Part shown: positions 25,751-32,000 of the stretch, one piece after another
Numbering within the stretch: position 1 is the stretch's first letter
Layout: every line of letters begins with the position of its first letter
Assembly: GCF_036505855.1 (NCBI RefSeq)
Contig: NZ_AP027829.1
DNA: 32,000 nt
Source: Escherichia coli
Lineage (GTDB): Bacteria; Pseudomonadota; Gammaproteobacteria; Enterobacterales; Enterobacteriaceae
Reading direction: 5' to 3' (one strand)
The notes under the pieces: generated by a model
What the model saw: only the letters and a program-made list of their open reading frames with translations
Database searches by the model: none
Told to the model about the DNA's origin: nothing
Program-made: the position numbers and the translations under genes

Positions 25751-26162
25751 TTTTTTGTCCGTCCATATTCAACGGCTTCTTTGAGGAGTTCATTTTCCAT
25801 CGTTTTCTTGCCGAGCAGGCGCTGGAGTTCTTTAATCTGCTTCATGGCGGCAGCAAGCTCAGAGGCAGGAACAACCTGTTCTCCGGCGGCGACAGCAGTA
25901 AGACTTCCTTCCTGGTATTGCTTACGCCAGAGAAATAACTGGCTGGCTGCTACACCATGTTGCCGGGCAACGAGGGAGACCGTCATCCCCGGTTCAAAGC
26001 TCTGCTGAACAATTGCGATCTTTTCCTGTGTGGTACGCCGTCTGCGTTTCTCCGGCCCTAAGACATCAATCATCTGTTCTCCAATGACTAGTCTAAAAAC
26101 TAGTATTAAGACTATCACTTATTTAAGTGATATTGGTTGTCTGGAGATTCAGGGGGCCAGTC

Positions 26163-28547
<2,385 letters not shown>

Positions 28548-28605
28548 AGCCTCGATGATGGGCGTATTATAACCAACTAAAATAGTCAACTATTAGGCCA
28601 TTACT

Positions 28606-29181
28606 ATGATCCGTATTTCCGATGCTGCACAAGCGCACTTTGCCAAACTGCTGGCAAACCAGGAAGAAGGGACACAAATCCGCGTATTTGTGATTAACCC
28701 TGGCACGCCTAACGCTGAATGTGGTGTTTCTTATTGTCCGCCGGATGCCGTGGAAGCCACCGACACTGCCCTGAAATTTGACCTGCTGACCGCGTATGTT
28801 GATGAGTTAAGCGCTCCTTACCTGGAAGATGCAGAGATCGATTTTGTTACCGACCAGTTGGGTTCTCAGCTAACACTGAAAGCCCCGAACGCCAAAATGC
28901 GTAAAGTGGCAGACGATGCACCGCTGATGGAGCGCGTGGAGTATATGCTGCAGTCGCAGATCAACCCACAGCTTGCTGGTCACGGTGGTCGCGTTTCGCT
29001 GATGGAAATCACCGAAGACGGTTACGCCATTCTGCAATTTGGCGGCGGCTGTAACGGTTGTTCCATGGTCGATGTGACGCTGAAAGAAGGGATCGAGAAG
29101 CAGCTGCTGAACGAATTCCCGGAGCTGAAAGGTGTGCGCGATCTCACCGAACACCAGCGCGGCGAACACTCCTACTACTAA
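28606..29181 (+). CDS. nfuA: Fe/S biogenesis protein NfuA
   Basis: 191 aa. It has an A-type N-terminal domain plus an Nfu domain with [15 protein letters not shown]. Confidence 0.96.
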
Positions 29182-29190
29182 GTTATCCCG

Positions 29191-29240
<50 letters not shown>

Positions 29241-29364
29241 TTGAACATGTGCCAGACGTTGGCGCAGCCTTGCTTTGGCAAATCCTCGGTTCGTTTCCCC
29301 GCGATAATATGACCAACCTCTCATAATTTAAATTTACCCCGCTCTGGTGATTCTCAAACGCCAG

Positions 29365-29380
29365 ATGTTACCCGTATCAT
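29365..29380. promoter_or_regulatory. GntR-operator-like site 1 upstream of gntT
   Basis: ATGTTACCCGTATCAT is a quasi-palindrome of the ATGTTAC..GTAACAT type associated with GntR. Confidence 0.4.
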
Positions 29381-29506
29381 TCACATGGGTACCAAACATA
29401 CTCCTGACATCTGACTACAATAATTAGTTTTAGTGGGTATCAGTCGTGGTGCCGCAATATCTCTGTTCCCGATTGGGATAATTAGAGTTTGTCGTCAGAA
29501 AATTGA

Positions 29507-29520
29507 CGTTACCCATAACA
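29507..29520. promoter_or_regulatory. GntR-operator-like site 2 upstream of gntT
   Basis: CGTTACCCATAACA is a second TTACCC..TAACA motif, just before the gntT RBS. Confidence 0.35.
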
Positions 29521-29540
29521 AATGAAAGGCCAGGTAAATC

Positions 29541-30857
29541 ATGCCATTAGTCATTGTTGCTATCGGTGTAATCTTGTTGTTGCTCCTGATGATCCGCTTC
29601 AAAATGAACGGCTTCATCGCTCTCGTCCTCGTGGCGCTTGCTGTTGGATTAATGCAAGGAATGCCGCTGGATAAAGTTATTGGCTCCATCAAAGCCGGTG
29701 TCGGCGGGACGCTCGGTAGCCTTGCCCTGATCATGGGTTTTGGCGCAATGCTGGGCAAAATGCTGGCAGACTGCGGTGGCGCACAACGTATCGCCACCAC
29801 GCTGATTGCCAAATTTGGTAAAAAACACATCCAGTGGGCGGTGGTACTGACCGGTTTTACCGTTGGTTTTGCCCTGTTCTATGAAGTGGGCTTTGTGCTG
29901 ATGCTGCCGCTGGTGTTTACCATCGCGGCTTCTGCGAATATTCCACTGCTGTATGTTGGTGTACCAATGGCAGCTGCACTGTCTGTGACCCACGGCTTCC
30001 TGCCACCGCATCCGGGTCCGACTGCGATTGCCACCATTTTCAATGCCGATATGGGTAAAACCCTGCTGTACGGTACTATTCTGGCAATCCCGACCGTGAT
30101 TCTCGCCGGTCCGGTTTACGCTCGCGTGTTGAAAGGTATCGATAAGCCAATTCCGGAAGGTCTCTACAGCGCGAAAACCTTCAGTGAAGAAGAGATGCCG
30201 AGCTTTGGCGTCAGCGTCTGGACCTCTCTGGTGCCGGTAGTACTGATGGCGATGCGTGCGATTGCCGAAATGATCCTGCCGAAAGGTCACGCTTTCCTGC
30301 CGGTAGCGGAGTTCCTCGGTGACCCGGTAATGGCTACGCTGATTGCCGTGCTGATTGCGATGTTCACCTTTGGTCTAAACCGTGGTCGTTCAATGGATCA
30401 GATTAACGACACGCTGGTTTCTTCCATCAAAATCATTGCGATGATGCTGTTGATCATCGGTGGTGGCGGTGCGTTCAAGCAGGTGCTGGTAGACAGCGGC
30501 GTGGACAAATACATTGCTTCCATGATGCACGAAACCAACATTTCTCCGCTGCTGATGGCCTGGTCGATTGCTGCCGTACTGCGTATCGCGCTGGGTTCCG
30601 CAACCGTTGCGGCAATCACTGCGGGTGGTATCGCGGCACCGCTGATTGCAACGACGGGTGTTAGCCCGGAGCTGATGGTTATTGCGGTTGGTTCCGGTAG
30701 TGTGATTTTCTCTCATGTGAACGATCCGGGCTTCTGGCTGTTCAAAGAGTACTTTAACCTGACTATCGGCGAGACCATCAAATCCTGGTCGATGCTGGAA
30801 ACCATTATCTCGGTGTGCGGTCTGGTAGGCTGTCTGCTGCTGAATATGGTGATTTGA
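29541..30857 (+). CDS. gntT: high-affinity gluconate:H+ symporter GntT
   Basis: 438 aa polytopic GntP-family permease, recognised as the E. coli sequence. Confidence 0.96.
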   Translation: MPLVIVAIGVILLLLLMIRFKMNGFIALVLVALAVGLMQGMPLDKVIGSIKAGVGGTLGSLALIMGFGAMLGKMLADCGGAQRIATTLIAKFGKKHIQWAVVLTGFTVGFALFYEVGFVLMLPLVFTIAASANIPLLYVGVPMAAALSVTHGFLPPHPGPTAIATIFNADMGKTLLYGTILAIPTVILAGPVYARVLKGIDKPIPEGLYSAKTFSEEEMPSFGVSVWTSLVPVVLMAMRAIAEMILPKGHAFLPVAEFLGDPVMATLIAVLIAMFTFGLNRGRSMDQINDTLVSSIKIIAMMLLIIGGGGAFKQVLVDSGVDKYIASMMHETNISPLLMAWSIAAVLRIALGSATVAAITAGGIAAPLIATTGVSPELMVIAVGSGSVIFSHVNDPGFWLFKEYFNLTIGETIKSWSMLETIISVCGLVGCLLLNMVI

Positions 30858-30867
30858 TAACACTGAC

Positions 30868-30956
30868 TGCCGGATGCGGCGTGACCGCCTTATCCGGCCT
30901 ACGATTCGGGATGAATTAGTAGGCCGGATAAGACGCGTCAAGCATCGCATCCGGCA
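30868..30956. repeat. BIME (two inverted REP units) between gntT and malQ
   Basis: TGCCGGATGCGGCGTGACCGCCTTATCCGGCCTAC ... GTAGGCCGGATAAGACGCGTCAAGCATCGCATCCGGCA. Confidence 0.8.
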
Positions 30957-30967
30957 TCAACCGCACT

Positions 30968-32000
30968 CTACTTCTTCTTCGCTGCAGCTCTGCGGCGTCT
31001 GTCCAAATCCTTCAGCAACTTGTTCACGCCATCATCGGCAAACATCGACTCAAGCGTTGCGGAAAGCTTGCGTCGCCAGTTTTTATACTGGTAACTGGTG
31101 CCAGGAATATTCACCGGTTCGGCCATATCCAGCCAGTCTTCCGGCTGTAGTCCTAACAGAGCACTGTTACTGTCGGCAATGTAGCGCTGCAAACCTCGAT
31201 TAAGCGTCGGCGTCATCGACATCAACGATGCCTTATGCCCGGCACGTTTTGGCAGGCAACCATATTTATGCAGAGCATCCAGCAGTCCTTGTTTCGCCAG
31301 TTCACGATCCTGATACAGACCGCGCAGTACCACTTCATCCGGATACAGCCCCAGGGTTTTGCCCAGCGTTAGATCCCCGCTCTCCCAGTAGCCGCGTAGC
31401 GTAGGCAGGTCATGTGTCGCCGCAACCGCCATCGACTGCTCCGGATACGCTTTCGGTGCACGGAACGTCTTCTCGTGGTCGTTTTCGAAATAGAGCACTT
31501 TGTAGGAGTACACACCGCTGCTGCGCAGCTTACCGACAATCTCTACCGGTACGGTACCGAGATCTTCACCAATCACCATACAGCGATGACGTTTACTTTC
31601 GAGTGCCAGAATCGAGAGCAGATCATCCACCGGATAGTGAACATACGCGCCCTGATCTGCCGTCTCGCCATACGGTATCCACCACAAACGCAGCATCGAC
31701 ATCACATGGTCAATTCGTAATGCGCCGCAGTTTTGCATATTGGCACGCAACAGCTCGATAAACGGTTCATAGGCACGCGCGGTGATGATATGCGGGTCCA
31801 TTGGCGGTAATCCCCAGTTCTGCCCCAACGGGCCGAGGATATCCGGCGGCGCGCCAACCGACGCTTTCAGGCAATATAGTTCACGGTCACACCAGGTTTC
31901 CGCCCCACCTTCCGCTACGCCAACCGCCAGATCACGATACAAGCCAATCGGCATTTCATAGCCCTGGCTTATCTCCCAGCAGGCGGCAAACTGGCTGTAA
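30968..32000 (-). CDS. malQ: 4-alpha-glucanotransferase (amylomaltase) MalQ, C-terminal part; N-terminus outside window
   Basis: ORF 30968..31954 remains open upstream to the window end. The sequence (..WGLPPMDP.., ..LRIDHVMS..) matches the glycoside hydrolase 77 MalQ C-terminal half. Confidence 0.92.
   Translation of the reverse strand, partial: YSQFAACWEISQGYEMPIGLYRDLAVGVAEGGAETWCDRELYCLKASVGAPPDILGPLGQNWGLPPMDPHIITARAYEPFIELLRANMQNCGALRIDHVMSMLRLWWIPYGETADQGAYVHYPVDDLLSILALESKRHRCMVIGEDLGTVPVEIVGKLRSSGVYSYKVLYFENDHEKTFRAPKAYPEQSMAVAATHDLPTLRGYWESGDLTLGKTLGLYPDEVVLRGLYQDRELAKQGLLDALHKYGCLPKRAGHKASLMSMTPTLNRGLQRYIADSNSALLGLQPEDWLDMAEPVNIPGTSYQYKNWRRKLSATLESMFADDGVNKLLKDLDRRRRAAAKKK

Overview
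E. coli-type chromosomal segment with intact core genes: hslO (5' partial), yhgE, pckA, envZ/ompR, greB, yhgF(tex), feoABC, rpnA(yhgA), bioH, then gntX, nfuA, gntT and malQ (partial). The short divergent bioH/gntX spacer is split by a visibly AT-rich island of about 12.9 kb (about 14966-27854). I read the island as an Ff-like filamentous (inovirus) prophage with all phage genes on the minus strand. Gene order is: HUH Rep (phiX174/P2 gpA type, broken by an IS2 with a 5-bp ACGGT duplication), a pV-position protein, two tiny membrane proteins, pVIII-like coat, pIII-like, pVI-like, pI/Zot, a TraX-like acyltransferase, a 1.27 kb GC-rich non-coding block, and a pIV secretin. The non-coding block holds a 3 x 339 bp tandem repeat, each copy carrying a ColE1-type primosome-assembly-site-like sequence. 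I see no tyrosine or serine integrase and no dif-like end. Instead the gntX-proximal end encodes an IS110-family DEDD recombinase preceded by a 197-nt non-coding stretch (the last 9 nt are host spacer). Short segments of this leader match the chromosomal flanks on both sides of the island and the element's own terminus, laid out as expected for an IS110/IS621-type bridge RNA. The main hypothesis is therefore RNA-guided, site-specific lysogeny of a whole filamentous phage. A second hypothesis is TraX-mediated N-acetylation of an F-pilin-like coat protein. CDS coordinates follow the supplied ORF track, with starts trimmed where I recognise the protein or see a better RBS. Coordinates of non-ORF features were counted by eye and may be off by 1-2 nt. 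No searches or folding were possible.
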